A stretch of DNA of 64,000 bases from Octopus vulgaris (GCA_951406725.2 OX597822.1:36022001-36086000), one strand, 5' to 3'. Positions 1 to 13,964 are shown, numbered from the stretch's first letter. Numbers and translations: made by a program. Notes: a model not told the origin generated them from the letters alone.

Positions 1-137
1 AGGATTATTTACTATTTTGTCATACTATATCATAAAATATTCCCTAGCAAACAGACTTGTATTTCCCATTTTTCATGGCTTATACTTTGTATCATACACA
101 GTGAGGAGTGTTTTAACAAGCTTTTTGCTTTTTTACA

Positions 138-171
<34 letters not shown>

Positions 172-1852
172 TGCTATAATCTAATGATAGTGTTCGAGTG
201 TAGTCCTTTTCATATTCACAATTATTGCCTGCAAAAATAAATCCTAATTCTAAAAGGCTCATATTGGTTGCTTTCTGTATCCACCCTGTTAACATCAAGG
301 CTAGAATGAACTCCATATCCTGATTCTTAACAAAAAAAACTACGTAATAATTTAATTACGCCATACTTATATATATATTTATATTTAATTGGGTATCTGC
401 TTGCTTCTTTGTTTTCAGTATGTGGCAGAAGGATGCATGCAACCTTTTGTGTGTTATTTCAGCCTTTTCTGATGATATATCAAAGAAAATTTTTATTTAG
501 AAAGATCGTTTCATGTGTGTGTGTATCACATGACTGATCAGAATATATCAGATGTTGTTACACATCACTGGTCACAGTGTACTTTGCATCATTTTAGCCT
601 TCCAATGTGGGCAATAAAGAAATAAATATTCTCCATTTCCCACAAGGCAACTAGCAAGTACCAGTTGAGCCACCTCCCTGTAATTGTTGGCCATGTACCA
701 AAATTTGAAACCAGTATCCACTTCCCTTGAACTGTTTTCAATTTACACACTGTTACATGAAACCATAGCATGCCATTACTGGTTTCTGCTAGTTATAGGC
801 TTGCATGTCCATGTTAGCTAATTGCAGGTTACTCCCATCGTCAGATGATTAACCTTGAAATTACAGTGTATCATAAAAAAAAAGGCAGCCTATTAGTATT
901 TGAATTAAGCTTTTATTGTTATTAACATTCATTCTCTGAGTTCAGTACCTTCTTGGATCAACTTTGCATTTCATTTCTCATAGGTCGATAAAGCAATTAC
1001 AAGTTACATAACATGTTGGACTAATTAACTTCATACCCTCTTCTACAAATTTATGCACTTTACTAATCTAAGAATTCATTATTAACATTCATTTTAATCA
1101 GTTTTAAAAACCCTCATTACTACACTATATTGCTGTCCAATTGAATCATCTCTTCCAGTCATATCAAGTAAAACCTTCAACTTTTCTGTATATTTTAGCA
1201 AGATTCCAGTTAGCTTTTTAGTGATGCTGATTATAAAATATTGTCCAGACATTACTATTAGACAAGCCTCTCTGTTTGGTGTTTTAGAACATGACCTTTA
1301 AGCCAAGTATTGAGAAGAAGATCCATCAAGCCAAGTAAAATCACAGTCGTGGCAGAAACTGGTGTCATGCAAATGGCACCCATGCTGGTGGCACATAAAA
1401 GTACTCATTACACTCTCAGAGTGGTTGGCATTAGGAAGGGCATCCAGCCATAAGAACCATGCCAAATCAAATTGGAGTCTGGTGCACCCTGCCAGCTTAC
1501 CAGCTCTGGTCAAACCATCCAACCCATGCCAGCATGGACTTTGGACATTAAATGATGATGACAAAAGTCATGTTTGTTTTACTCCCCTCCTTTCATCCTC
1601 TACAATAATAATTCTTTCTATAATAGGCACAAGGCCTGAAATTTTGAGAAAAGGAACTAGTCAATTACACTGACCCCCTTCCCCCTGTGTTCAACTGCTC
1701 CTTATTTTATCAACCCCAATTGGATGAAAGGCAAAGTTGACTTCAGTTGATTTTGAACTCATAATGTAAAAAGTAGGATGAAATGCTGCTAAGCATTTTG
1801 TCCAATTCACTAGCAATTCTGCTAGCTTAATGCCTTAATAATGATAATAATG

Positions 1853-2220
1853 TGGAGGTGCAATGGCCCAGTGGTTAGGGCAGCGGACTCGCGTTCGATT
1901 GCAGTTTTAATTCCCAGACTGGGCGTTGTGTTTATTGTGCAAAAACTCCTAAAGCTCCACGAGGCTCCGGCAGATGATGGTGGCGAACCCTGCTCTACTC
2001 TTTCACCACAACTTTCTCTCAACTCTTTCTTCCTGTTGTACCTGTATTTCAAACGGCCAGCCCTGTCACACTCTGTGTCACGCTGAATCTTCCCCCAGAA
2101 CTATGTTAAGGGTACACGTGTCTGTGGAGTGCTCAGCCACTTGCACATTAATTTCACGAGCAGGCTGTTCAGTTGATCAGATCAACTGGAACCCTCATCG
2201 TCAGAACCGATGGAGTGCCA
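1853..2220 (+). mobile_element. tRNA-derived SINE (family C)
   Basis: A-box-like tggcccagtgg and degenerate B box; same head seen on the minus strand at ~40860-41057; flanked by (taa/gat)n. Confidence 0.75.
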
Positions 2221-3432
2221 TGATGACAAATGATAATAATAATTTCTTAATGTTGAATTCAGAGTATGCGAAAATATGTTTGATCATAACTTCATTTGTC
2301 TAGTTTAGTTCCAATAAATGAGGAACGTTATTAAAACATTTCAGTGAGTCCCACCAGACGAACCTTGGGTGACCTATGTGGTTCAGTGGTTCAGCTGTTA
2401 GTTTGTAAGTCCAGTACAAATAATCCTTATCATGTTTTCTTTAAAAGTTGTTTGCAGGGTTTCCTAAATGAATATATAACATGATCTTTTTTCAAATTGA
2501 TAAAATCTTTCATTCAATGATTAAACAGTTGTACCAAACAAAGGCAGTCATTACATGCATGCATATACTTTAAATATTACATACATAAAACAATTTTTTT
2601 TTTTTTTTTTGTCTCCTGTGTAAGATAAAGTCTTATTTTAGATTGTTCACTTGTAAGATTCTCTTTCTGTATGTTTGGAAAGAGAGAGAGAGAGTGGGAT
2701 GAAAGTGTCTTGTTATTGTTGTTGTTATTAAAGAAGAAAAAAAAAACAGCCCTACCAAGTATATTTTTATGAAAATGAACAACAAATTTGAAATAGAAAG
2801 TGAAGAATTAATTGGTTGATTTCTTTCTTATGGAAAAAAAAAAGAACAAAAGAACATATAAACTCACCGTATTATGGTACTTGAGTTTGTTTTTGTTTTG
2901 TTGGGTTTTTTTAATTGTTACAGAAAGATTATAATCAGCAATCAAATATTAATTGTTTAAAAGCTTAATAATAATAATAACCCTCCCGTTTCCCTTTTTA
3001 AAATTATATGAAAATTTGAAATGATTTCGTTGGTGTTTACTTCCCACCCCCACCCCACCCTGTTTTTGTTTAAATTTTTCCTCTCCTCTCCCTCCCCCAC
3101 CCCAACAAAACTGTACAAAAATGATATGCCAAAAAAGGAAAAAAAAAACAAAAATACCACCATCATCCCCACCACCACCACCACCATTTTTGCTTTTAAA
3201 ACCTGAAAAAAGTTTAGTTTTTTTTTTTTTTTTTATGTCCCTCTTGGCCAACTTTTATGTTGTTCATTATTCACTCACCAGTTTGATTGATATATTGATA
3301 TATTTTTTGATTGATTACTGCTGGTATTATCTTCCTGGTGCACCAACATTCTGAAACACATGTATTTTTTTTTTATTTCCTTTCTGTGTGTTTCATTAGG
3401 TAAGGTGAGGGTTTACAACAAATTAAGGGCAT

Positions 3433-3638
3433 ACATGAGGGGTTACTGTTAAGTTCTTGGCTTTAAGGGTATCACAAAAGGCCTCGTTAGAGGCCCAACC
3501 TTCCAAGTTCTTTTTACGGGGCTTAGAAAAACTGAGGGACCGCTGCAATAAGTGTGTGAACCTGAGAGGGGAATAATTCACTAATCCTCCTGTATTTTCT
3601 TTTACTCAAAGCCAGAAACTTTTCAACACCCCCCTCGA
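3433..3638. mobile_element. Tc1/mariner-type MITE
   Basis: Imperfect TIRs gaggggttactgttaagttcttggcttt / aaagccagaaacttttcaacacccccctc. Confidence 0.55.
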
Positions 3639-4765
3639 ATAATTAATTATATATATATGCCCTTAATGTGATTAAACTTCTTTAGCCTATAAACATTTGT
3701 TTTTTCAAACCATTAGGCTATTTCGGACACTGAAGTGATCCTAAAGATTTTTGTACTGGTTTTAAAAAATCTTTTCCTTACCATGGATTAAGAATAAAAC
3801 ACAAGAAATTATACACTGGTAACACTGCTACCAGAAGTTAAAGGTGGAATATTAGTTTTGTTATTACATAAATACATGTATACAGCCAGTTGAGAAGCAC
3901 AGATGACCAAGATGATAGAATACAATACATACATCTGAGATGTTGGAGTGGGAGGTCAGTATTTTATATCTTGGCTCATATACTGGTGATATATTGTGTC
4001 TGTGGCCAAAGACACTTTACTCACAAATGGCTCAGTCCACCTAACTGTTAATAGGTACCACAGGGTAGGAATGTCTTGCTGCTGTAACCAGCACACACAT
4101 ACAGAGCACTGTAAAGCTAACAAGTGGTTCATTAGCCTGCAGTGCTGAGTTCCACACTTCCTGTGGAAATGCAGCCGGTGCGACCAGAGAAGCTATATCC
4201 CACTGGTCTCCATATAAAAGTCAGGTCAATGGGGTTGATCACCCATTGCTGGATACCTCTGGTCATGAAAAGTCAAGTAACTCGGCTATCTAACAAGAGA
4301 GAGATTTACTAAGGAAGGATAGCCACTTAACTATTTGAAAATGCATTCTTTGCATAAGCTGTTTCTACAATGTGCAAAATAAGAACAGCATTTAGTGTAT
4401 GTGTATATATATACATATATATATTTACATGCATTTTACACATCTATAAATATAAATATAGATAGATATAATGTATATATACATAGATATAAAATTTATA
4501 TATATAAATATAAAAATGTTTATGATGTACATTATGTATGTATAATGTATATTTATATAGATATAAAAATTTATATATATAAATATATAATGTATATATG
4601 TATGCAACTGTGTATATTTGCATACATACATTGTGCGCAAAATGAGTCTGTCATAAAAACTGTTTCTACATGTGACATCACAAATGCTGTGATGTGAGTC
4701 CCAAGCTTAGTCTCAAATCCTGTGATCTTTGTGAATATATATATAAATAAAAACAACAAAAAAAT

Positions 4766-4808
<43 letters not shown>

Positions 4809-5299
4809 AATATAATAAAACAAGTTCTCTGATAATAAATTTTTCTCCTTAATTTGGACTATACCTAAAAACAAACAAAAAAATTATTATATCTAATGAT
4901 GATATGTAATTATTTCTTGGGATGAGTTTATTAACATCTTCCACTGTATTTTTGATTGACAGATTAAAAAAAAAAAAGAAAACATCAAGAAACCAGTGTT
5001 TTTGCGTTGTTATTTATATTTTTCTTACTGTTTGTGTTGTTACTATTTCTTAATGAAGAAAAAAATGTATATGATGGCATGAGTTATCTGTTTTTGGTTC
5101 AGTTTCTGAATGTTAGCATGAATACATATCTTCCCTGTATTGTTAAAGTGTTGTATGTGTGTGTTTTTGTGTTTGTTCCCCTCTCCAGCGCTTGACAACC
5201 AATACCAGTTTGTTTATGCCCCTGTAACTTAGCAGTTCAGCAAAAGAGACCAATACAGACGGTACCAGACTGCTAAGTTGTGGGAATGCAAACAAACGT

Positions 5300-5579
5300 A
5301 GGAGTAGGAGTGGCTGTGTGGTAAGTAACTTGCTTACGAACCACATGGTTCCGGGTTCAATCCCACTGTGTGGCACCTTGGGCAAGCGTCTTCTACTATA
5401 GCATCGGGCCGACCAAAGCCTTGTGAGTGGATTTGGTTGACAGAAACTGAAAGAAGCCTATCGTATATAAGTATATAAAAGACTTGTTTTATTTATATTT
5501 CCTGAGTGCCATACTAATACAATTGTTCGTTTGTTTTCCACCTGCCTTCGTCTTTTGTCTATTTTCATAAAGCTTCCCG

Positions 5580-5623
<44 letters not shown>

Positions 5624-5820
5624 ATATGTTTGTGTGTGTGTTTGTCCCTCCAACATCGTTTGACAACCAATGCTGGTGTGTTGTAACATAGCGGTTCAGC
5701 AAAAGAGAATGATAGAATAAGTACTAGGCTTACAAAGAATAAGTCCTGGGGTTGATTTGCTCGACTAAAGGTGGTGCTCCAGCATGGCCACATTCAAATG
5801 ACTGAAATAAGTAAAAGAAA
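5300..5820 (+). mobile_element. tRNA-derived SINE (family A) with an internal (TA)n and a Penelope-LTR-like fragment
   Basis: Head gtggctgtgtggtaag...ccgggttcaatccc; tail ...ggtgctccagcatggcc...gactgaaataagtaaaag recurs many times in the window. Confidence 0.8.
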
Positions 5821-5883
5821 AACCAACACCATTTGTCAAGAAGTTGTGGGGGACAAGCATAAACACAGATACACATACATGCA

Positions 5884-6652
5884 CACAGTGTTTGGGCTAA
5901 ATTTCATGGTTTTTTCCCCCACCCTTTTTTCAGGAACAGCTAGATGTATGGGTGAACAATCAGTGGTATTGAAGAGCATAAAGATTGAAGTTGTGGTTGA
6001 GAAGCCATTTGGAAAAGGCTTTACTTGTATCATGATAATCTAGGCCAGGTATGAAAATAGCAGTATCATGACTACTGCTCAATGACCTGTGAACACTATA
6101 AAGGCTTATGACGTGGGCAGCTGCAACAAATTGTGAAGCAGGAAGGGACACAGTGGGTGTTCTGACATCATCTGGACACTGGAATTCATCCAATAATTGC
6201 TAGGCAATGTGATGGAAGATCTGAACAAGGGAATCCAGACTTTGGTGACAGAGATGGGTATTGGAGTTTCCACAATGAAGCTGGCCCTGAATGAAGACCT
6301 CTGCTACCACTCCTACAAGAAGCACAAAGCCAAGGGGAACCTCTTGACGAAGGCAAAGAAGCTCCTGAACAAACAGGCATTCTGTTGAGTCGGAGATGAT
6401 CTGGTTCTTCTCAAATGAAAAAGATTTCTGCCAGAATCAGTTCAAAGATCTTCCCAGAGACAAATTGAGGAATGCATGAGCTGGGCTCCAGAGCTATCTA
6501 GAGGCTGTAGTGGAAACTGGGCTGAGGGGCTACTTTGAAAAAAGTGTTATCTCCTGGCGATGATCTAGTTGATTTTTTTTTTTTTTTTTTGGATAGGATA
6601 TTGTTTTCTTTCCCTTTTATGCAAACTCCCAAAATTGGCTCAAATACCCTGT
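5884..6652 (+). mobile_element. Degenerate Tc1/mariner-superfamily (maT/DD37D-like) DNA transposon
   Basis: Imperfect TIRs cagtgtttgggctaaattt / aaaattggctcaaataccctg; ORF 6197-6388 (EMGIGVSTMKLALNEDLCYHSYKK...KAKKLLNK) followed by IWFFSNEK, resembling the transposase HTH and first catalytic-Asp motif. Confidence 0.6.
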
Positions 6653-7143
6653 ATGTAAATATATACTTCATATGTACAGAAAACTAAAGACAAAGACAGG
6701 AGAGGAAACAACAAGCAGGGGTATTAGTTTGACCCTCAGGAAGAATGGAAAAGTTTTTGACATTTCAAGTCTATATATATAACTGAAACACGTTTGAACT
6801 TGTCTCAGTGTCTGCTAGATGTCTGACTACCCTTCCCTCCACATTCTCCATTTCCAATTTTAATTAATAAGATCTCTGTATATCAATTCATTTAAAAGTT
6901 TTCATAAGTTTTTCTCTTTAAATCTGAGTTATTACCCTTGCCTCTGCATGGTTTAGTGAAGTGATGATAGCCATATATCATCCTGTATATGGATGTCATC
7001 TCATTTGCTATATTTCCAATGTGTCCAATGTAATCTAGAGTGCTCATGAGATGTAATGAGACTCAATGGCTGGCTGACAGAAACGAAATTGACTCTATAT
7101 GTTGCATGTATTCAGGAGTAGTTACTTACCAGACAGAGCTATC

Positions 7144-7378
7144 AGGCGGCAAGCTGGCAGAAACGTTAGCATACCAGGCAAAATGCTTAGCAATATTTCG
7201 TCTGCTGTTACGTTCTGAGTTCAAATTCCGCCCAGATTGACTTTGCCTTTCATCCTTTCGGGGTTGATAAATTAAGTACCAGTTATGCACTGGGGTCAAT
7301 GTAATCGACTTAATCCGTTTGTCTGTCCTTGTTAGTCTCCTCTATGTTTAGCTCCTTGTGGGCAATAAAGAAATAAGA
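7144..7378 (+). mobile_element. SINE (family B) with target-site duplication
   Basis: aggcggcaagctggcagaaacg...gagttcaaattcc...gtgggcaataaagaaat; TSD agacagagctatcagg (7131-7146) / agatagagctatcagg (7376-7391). Confidence 0.85.
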
Positions 7379-8159
7379 TAGAGCTATCAGGTAATGAATA
7401 TATTTAGATGCCCAGAAGCTCCACTAGAAGTCGGCAGTAATAATTTTTTTTTTTTTTTTCTTAAAATAAGTCTCAAATATTTATTTGGCATCTTAATGAA
7501 TAAAGGTTACAGTTTTCATAAGACATTGATGAAGGTTTATCTATACTAATCTTGTGTCTCTACACTGTAAAAGATAAAAAGTGTAAACTACAAGTGATTA
7601 GCCGGATGTATATCTAAGTCATTTACAAAACATTTTGCTAAAGTATATGGAAGTGGCTAAAACTGGAGTGCATCTTCAAGGTCAGGCTGTCCTCAACACC
7701 AGGAAATACAATAACTGGAGCTCATTGCATCATGCTGGTAATTACTTCACTATAAGAAATACTACTTGGTTTTTGAATGATCTACAAAGAAGAATTTGAC
7801 CTCCATACTGTAATAAAACACTGATAATAGTTACGCAAAATATTTTGCTAATGAAGTAGTCTCTATGTAGTCACTCAACCTGCTAGAAATAGCAGTCAAT
7901 TTTCCCTCAAATCACATTGTTTCACTTAAAAAAAAACAACTAAAAAGGTTACCTTGGCTAATGTGATTCTGGATACTTTGTGCCAAAGAAAATATTGGAA
8001 TGGTCAATACTTGAATGCCTGTAATTACAGATCTGCTCTTCCATCTGGTTGAGCTGAAGTTAAACAAAAATATTTCATCCAGATCCTGGCCAACAGCAAG
8101 TGCTGACTCCAAGAATGTCCAGGTGGTACCTCTTCATTTCTTTCAATTCTTGAGTTGAA

Positions 8160-8720
8160 TTTGATGCTTCTGTGCATACATTCCACATCCCTATTTGATG
8201 TTTCATACACAGAGCATACATTCCACCTTATTTTGCTTCTCTTTGATGCCTCATATATGATGCATTTATTTCACACTCCTATTTGATGCCTTATGCATAT
8301 ATTCCATGCTCCTATTTGATGCTTTATGCTTTGTGCATATATTCCATGCTCCTATTTGATGCCTTATGCTTTGTGCATACATTCCACACTCCTATTTGAT
8401 GCCTTATGTTTGATGCATACATTCCATGTGCCAATTTGATGCCTTATGCTTGGTGCATATATTCCATGCTATTTGATGCTTGGTGCATATATTCCACAAT
8501 CCTATTTGATGCATATATTCCATGTTCCTATTTGATGCATTATGCTTTGTGCATACATTCTACACTCCTTTCTTATGCATCATACTTGGAGCATACATTC
8601 CATGCTATTTGATGCCTCATATATGGTACATATATTCCACACTTTTTTTTTAATACCTCATGCTTAATGCATGCATTCCATACTCCTATCTGATGCCTTA
8701 TACTTCATACACCTATTTGA
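8160..8720. repeat. Minisatellite, ~30-40 bp degenerate unit
   Basis: Repeated tgcatatattccatgctcctatttgatgccttatgct-like units. Confidence 0.85.
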
Positions 8721-9559
8721 CATTTCATGAACAGTAAGCAAAAGCTTGATACATGTTACCAAGCCATACTCATTCCCAAGTGATGGTTGGCTGGCTGTAC
8801 TTAAATTAACCCAAATTAAAATTTAAATAAAATTGTAACATTCAGTCCTAGAAAACAGTATAACTTACTACTTCTGCTTTCAGCTCAGTCTAACGAACTC
8901 TCCCAAGGCTCAGCACAAAACACACATTATAATATGTTCCAAGGATAAAGATTTCATTAGTGTTTTCCTTCGTGCTAAGAGAACATGCTAAAACCTGTCT
9001 TGAATTAGAATTTGTTAAATTATAATTTCATGGAATAAGATTAACGTATCATCACTATCAATGGTGAACGTGCCATAACGGTCACAACCATCAGTGCAGT
9101 TATCACTATTAACACTGGCACAAATACAATGCCCCAGGATTGCGAAATCAATCTACAAACAGAAACAGCCTATTACACTTTTTACAGGATTGTTATGCTG
9201 CTAGTTTTGTTTTTACAATTTGGGTTACATGCTAATTTAAAATTTTAATTTCTAAAGGAAAGAATCATATAGAATATCATGTTTAATTAATAATTAAGTA
9301 AATTAGAACTGACCTGTAGATAATCTTTATACAGGATGCAGGCATAGTTATGTGGTAAGAAGTTTGCTTCCAGATCACATGATTCATGGTTCAGTCCCTC
9401 CGTGCTGCAATTAGGGCAAGTGTTTCTTACTATAGCCTTGGGTCAACCAAAACCTTGTGAGTGGATTTGGCAGACAGAAACTGAAAGAAGCCCTTCGTAT
9501 AGGTATATGTATGTATGTATATATATATATATATATGTATGTACATATGTATGTATGTA

Positions 9560-11130
9560 TCATTATCATCATCATTGTCGTATAACGTCTGCTTTTTATG
9601 CTGGCATGGGTTGGACACTTTGACTGAGAGCTGGCAAGCCAAAAAACTGCATCAGGCTCCAATCTGATCTAACAATGTTTGTACAGCTGGATGCCCTTGT
9701 AACACCAACCACTCCAAGAGTGTAGTGGGTACTTTTTACGTGTCACCGGCATGAGGGTCAGTCAGGAGGTACTGGCATCGATGATGTTTGAATGGTGCTT
9801 TTTACATGCCACCGGCACAGGAGCCAGTCGGGCAGCACCAGCAACAGACACATTTGAATGGTGCTTTTTACGTGCCAATGGCACAGGACTAGTCAGCTGG
9901 CACTACCTATTTCTTTACTACCCACAAGGGGCTAAACATAGAGTGGACAAACAAACGGATTAAGTCAATTATATCGACCCCAGTGCGTAACTGGTACTTA
10001 TTTAATCGACCCCCGAAAGGATGAAAGGCAAAGTCGACCTCGGCGGAATTTGATTTCAGAATGTTACGGCTACGCATTTCGCCCGGCGTGCTAACGTTTC
10101 TGCCAGCCAGCTGGCACTACCATCAACCACATTCGAATGGTGCTTTTTATGTACCACTGGCACAGGAGCCAGTCAGTGGCCCTGGCTGGTAACAATCACG
10201 TTCAAATGGTACTTTTTATGTGCCACCAGCACAGGACCAGTCAGGCAGGACTGTCATCAGCCATAGCAATGACTTCACTTGCCCACAACAGGTCTTCGCA
10301 AGCGCAGTTTATTGCCCAATGATTGACAGGTACTCTAAATGGGCTGGTTATGCTGCACAGGCATAGCCCATGGTTACAGTCCCACTTGGCTTGCCAGGTC
10401 TTCTCAAGCACAGCATATCTCCAAAGGTCTCGGTTGCTAGTCATTGCCTCGGTGAGGCCCAACGTTTGAAGATCATGCTTCATCACCTCATCCCAGGTCT
10501 TCCTGGGTCTACCTCTTCCACAGGTTCCCTCTACTGCTAGGGTGTGACACTTTTCCACACAGCTGTCCTCATCCATACACAATACATGACCATACCAGCA
10601 TAGCCATCTCTCTAGCACACCTCATCTGATGCTTCTTATGTCCAACTTTTCTCTCAGGGCGTTTGCACTCTGTCGTGTATGCACTCTGATATTACACATC
10701 CAGTGGAGCATACTAGCTTTATCCTTTGCAAACTTACACATGTCCTCAGCAGTCACGGCCCATGTTTCACTGTCATGTAGAATGTCTGTTCGCAAACATG
10801 AGTCATACAGTCTACATTTTACTCTGAGCGAGAGGCACTTTGTCACCAGCAGAGGTAGGAGCTCTCTGAACTTTCCCCAGTCTATTCTTATTCTAGCAGC
10901 TACACTTTCAGAGCAACTACCCCCACTACTGACTTGGTCATCTAGGTAACAGAAGCTATCAACTACTTGTAGATTTGCCCCCTGGAATGTGACGGAAGCT
11001 GTTTTCAGCACATTTTCAATCTTTATTGCCCTGGAGCATTTGCCCCGGTTAGCCTTCCTTTGATATTCTTGCACCTCTTATGTGTCCATAGCTGACACCA
11101 GGTACATCTTATGGAATTTCTACTTATGCC
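9560..11130 (-). mobile_element. Degenerate 5'-truncated RTE-clade LINE with nested SINE
   Basis: ORFs 10622-11074 and 10241-10618 are near-paralogous to the C-terminus of ORF 13996-15330; 3' UTR repeats and (CAT)n tail; family-B SINE at ~9908-10107 flanked by TSD cagctggcactacc. Confidence 0.9.
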
Positions 11131-11138
11131 TATGTATG

Positions 11139-11175
<37 letters not shown>

Positions 11176-13007
11176 GTATGTAAATATATATATATATTTA
11201 TGTATGTATATATGTGTGTGTGTATAACGCGTGTATATATATATATATATGTGATTGTTCTATTTGAGTGTTACTCACAACTAAGTGGAGTATGAACTAG
11301 TGAATTTCTGCATGTGGCTTTCTTATAAAATTTAGCTTTGATGTATCCCTTCTTCAGTGATTTTAGAGTTGGAATCTAAGTAGGAGGGGTGCAGATGACT
11401 GTGTTTCAATGGAATACAGGAAAATTGGCAACTGAGAGCTTCCTGAATGGTGGCATAGCACGGCTATGATTTGAACTCAGAACACAGAGAGCTTGAAAGA
11501 TGACCACAAGGCATTTTATCCAACACTTAATGTCTCTGCCAATTCACCACCTTAAAAGTTGTGTCTTGTAGGATTTGAACCTAGATTGTAAAAATATGTA
11601 ATTAAATACGGCAAAGTATTTTGTCCATTATTTTGCCAGTCTACCACCTTAAATCACACAACTCTGTCTTAAGATGAAAAAAATAAAGAGAACACATGAA
11701 ATAATATATATTTCTTTACTACCCACAAGGGGCTAAACATAGAGGGGACAAACAAGGACAGACAAAGCGATTAAGTCGATTACATCGACCCCAATGTGAA
11801 ACTGGTGCTTTATTTATCAACCCTGAAAGGATGAAAGGCGAAGTCAACCTCGGCAGAATTTGAACTCAACGTAACGACAGACGAAATACGGCTAAGCATT
11901 TCGCCCAGCTCACCCCCCTAACACATGAAATAATATAGTCTATAGGTTAATGAGGACTGACCTGTGGTTATACAACACCACCAACAACAATAACAAAAAC
12001 ATAGTTACTATTATCATTATAAACACGTTCACCACTGCAATCATCATCATCATCGTAGTGAGAATCTGAGATGCTACAGTATTAATACAAAGACGAAATT
12101 GAGCATGTTTATGCTTGTTATGCATTTCTTAAGCATACATACACAATGTTCCTTCAATTGCTTTAGACTTTATAATTATAAATCACTGACTATTTTCTGT
12201 GTGAGTGTGTGTGTGTGTGTGTGTGTATTCAAACATAACTTGACTGCTCCTAATTATATTCCGCAAGAGATAAGCCATGTAGATTATAATATATTTGAGT
12301 GTGAAGAGAGCTGTGTGCATGTGTGTGTGTGTATGCACTTCCATGAACAGAAACACACACAAATATATGCATATATAGGTATACATATAAACGGATATGT
12401 GGGTGGTTTTTCTGTCTGTTTATCTAAGCATAGAAATGCACACACACACACACACACATACATAGATACATTCATTCATTCTTGGCTTGGCAAGTTTTAT
12501 TAGATTCTTTTATTATTTTTTTTTTCTTTACTAACCGAAGAAAAGTTTCACCAAGCTATGATATACGCTCAAGCACATTTCTATACAAGGATTAGCTCAC
12601 CAGAGAATTTTAACAAAAATGAAATAAAATAATTTCAGGTCAAATTTAACCTTAACTGCTACATTGTGTATGTTTGTGTATGTGTAGGTGCGTGTGTGTG
12701 TGTGTGTGTGTACGTGTAGGCCAAGTGAAATCATAGTCATGCCCAGTGCCAATGACACATAACAGATACACGTGCCAGTGATATGTAAGAGACACCCAGT
12801 ACATTCTTGGAGTGGTTGGCATTAGGACAAGCATCCAGCTATAGAAACTGGAACAGCTCTCCGGCTTACCAGTTACAGTCAGACCATCTAACCCATGCCA
12901 GCATGAAAAATGAATGCTAAATGATGATGATGATATATATACTGAAGTAAACACATAAATGTGAAACAAGGTAGGAAAAAGAGTACTCAAATACCAGTGG
13001 TAGAGTA

Positions 13008-13175
13008 ATATGCTTTATTTAAAGCAGCAGAAAATTCAACAAAACCTGTTACTCTGAGTTTCACGTTCCCGTTCGTCGGACAGTTTTTGCTAGAAAAAAC
13101 TGTCTGACGAACGGGAACGTGAAACTCAGAGTAACAGGTTTTGTTGAATTTTCTGCTGCTTTAAATAAAGTATAT
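13008..13175. repeat. Near-perfect palindrome from Penelope-like pseudo-LTR (unit extends left to ~12937)
   Basis: Arms atatgctttatttaaagcagc...ggacagttttt / aaaaactgtctgac...gctttaaataaagtatat; contains hammerhead motif; abuts (TA)n. Confidence 0.85.
13099..13138 (+). ncRNA. Minimal type I hammerhead ribozyme motif
   Basis: CUGU-CUGACGA-ACG(GGAA)CGU-GAAA-CUC(A)GAG-UA-ACAG: stem I CUGU/ACAG, intact core, stem II, palindromic stem III, GUA cleavage triplet. Confidence 0.85.
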
Positions 13176-13181
13176 ATATAT

Positions 13182-13206
<25 letters not shown>

Positions 13207-13212
<6 letters not shown>

Positions 13213-13421
13213 TGTAATATGTGACAATTATTCGGAAGCCATGATAAAACTCCGAGTTTCGGATGTCGGGGTGGAAATCCACACTGCCATCTCTTCAGTT
13301 ATCTGGCCATCAGAAAAATGGCTGGATAACTGAAGAGATGGCGGTGTGAATTTCCACCCCGACATCCAAAACTCGGAGTTTTATCATGGCTTCTGAATAA
13401 TTGTCGCATATTACATTTACA
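13207..13421. repeat. ~100-bp-arm palindrome from a second Penelope-like pseudo-LTR (unit extends right to ~13495)
   Basis: tgtaaatgtaatatgtgac...atctggccat / atggctggataactgaag...attacatttaca; 7 mismatches counted by eye, all transitions, mostly at CpG. Confidence 0.85.
13243..13303 (-). ncRNA. Minimal type I hammerhead ribozyme motif
   Basis: Minus strand GAUAA-CUGAAGA-GAUG...CAUC-CGAAA-CUC(G)GAG-UU-UUAUC; stem I GAUAA/UUAUC; the plus-strand mirror copy has GAAA mutated to AAAA. Confidence 0.8.
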
Positions 13422-13524
13422 GATAAATTCCACTATTTACATAATATCGAGGTCTCTTTCATTCTTTTATTGTCTTACCGTTTCTATCAATAAATATATA
13501 TATGAATATATATGTATATATATG

Positions 13525-13840
13525 ACCCTTTGGTCATGACTGACCATGGGATTGCACCTAGAAAGTCTGGGCAAGGTTGTTTTTTTTATGGAAGACCAGC
13601 AGTCGCCCATGCACACCGACCTCCCCTCTTCACGCCACCAGTATTATCCAAGGGAAGACAAAAGCCAATACAGCTTGGCACCTGTGACGTCGCAACTCAT
13701 TTCTACAGCTGAGTGAACTGGAGCAACGTGAAATAAAGTGTCTTGCTCAAGAACACAACATGCAGCCCGGTCCAGGATTTGAACTCACAACCTCACGATC
13801 ATAAGCTTGATGCTCAAACCACTGAGCCATGCACCTTCAC
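13525..13840 (-). mobile_element. tRNA-derived SINE (family D)
   Basis: Minus strand head tggctcagtgg...gagttcaaatcc; homologous + strand copy at ~63350-63680. Confidence 0.75.
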
Positions 13841-13871
13841 ATATATATATGGGTGTGTGTGTGTGTGTGTG

Positions 13872-13911
<40 letters not shown>

Positions 13912-13964
13912 ATATAATATAATATATTATAATATAGGTGACCCATTAGCAATTAAAACCTAAA

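Noticed and set aside
462-505. Possible hammerhead (ctgatga...gaaa)
   Set aside because: No independent stem II or convincing stem I; AT-rich chance match
2949-3354. Gly/Pro/Lys-rich ORFs
   Set aside because: Low-complexity homopolymer and (CCA)n tracts
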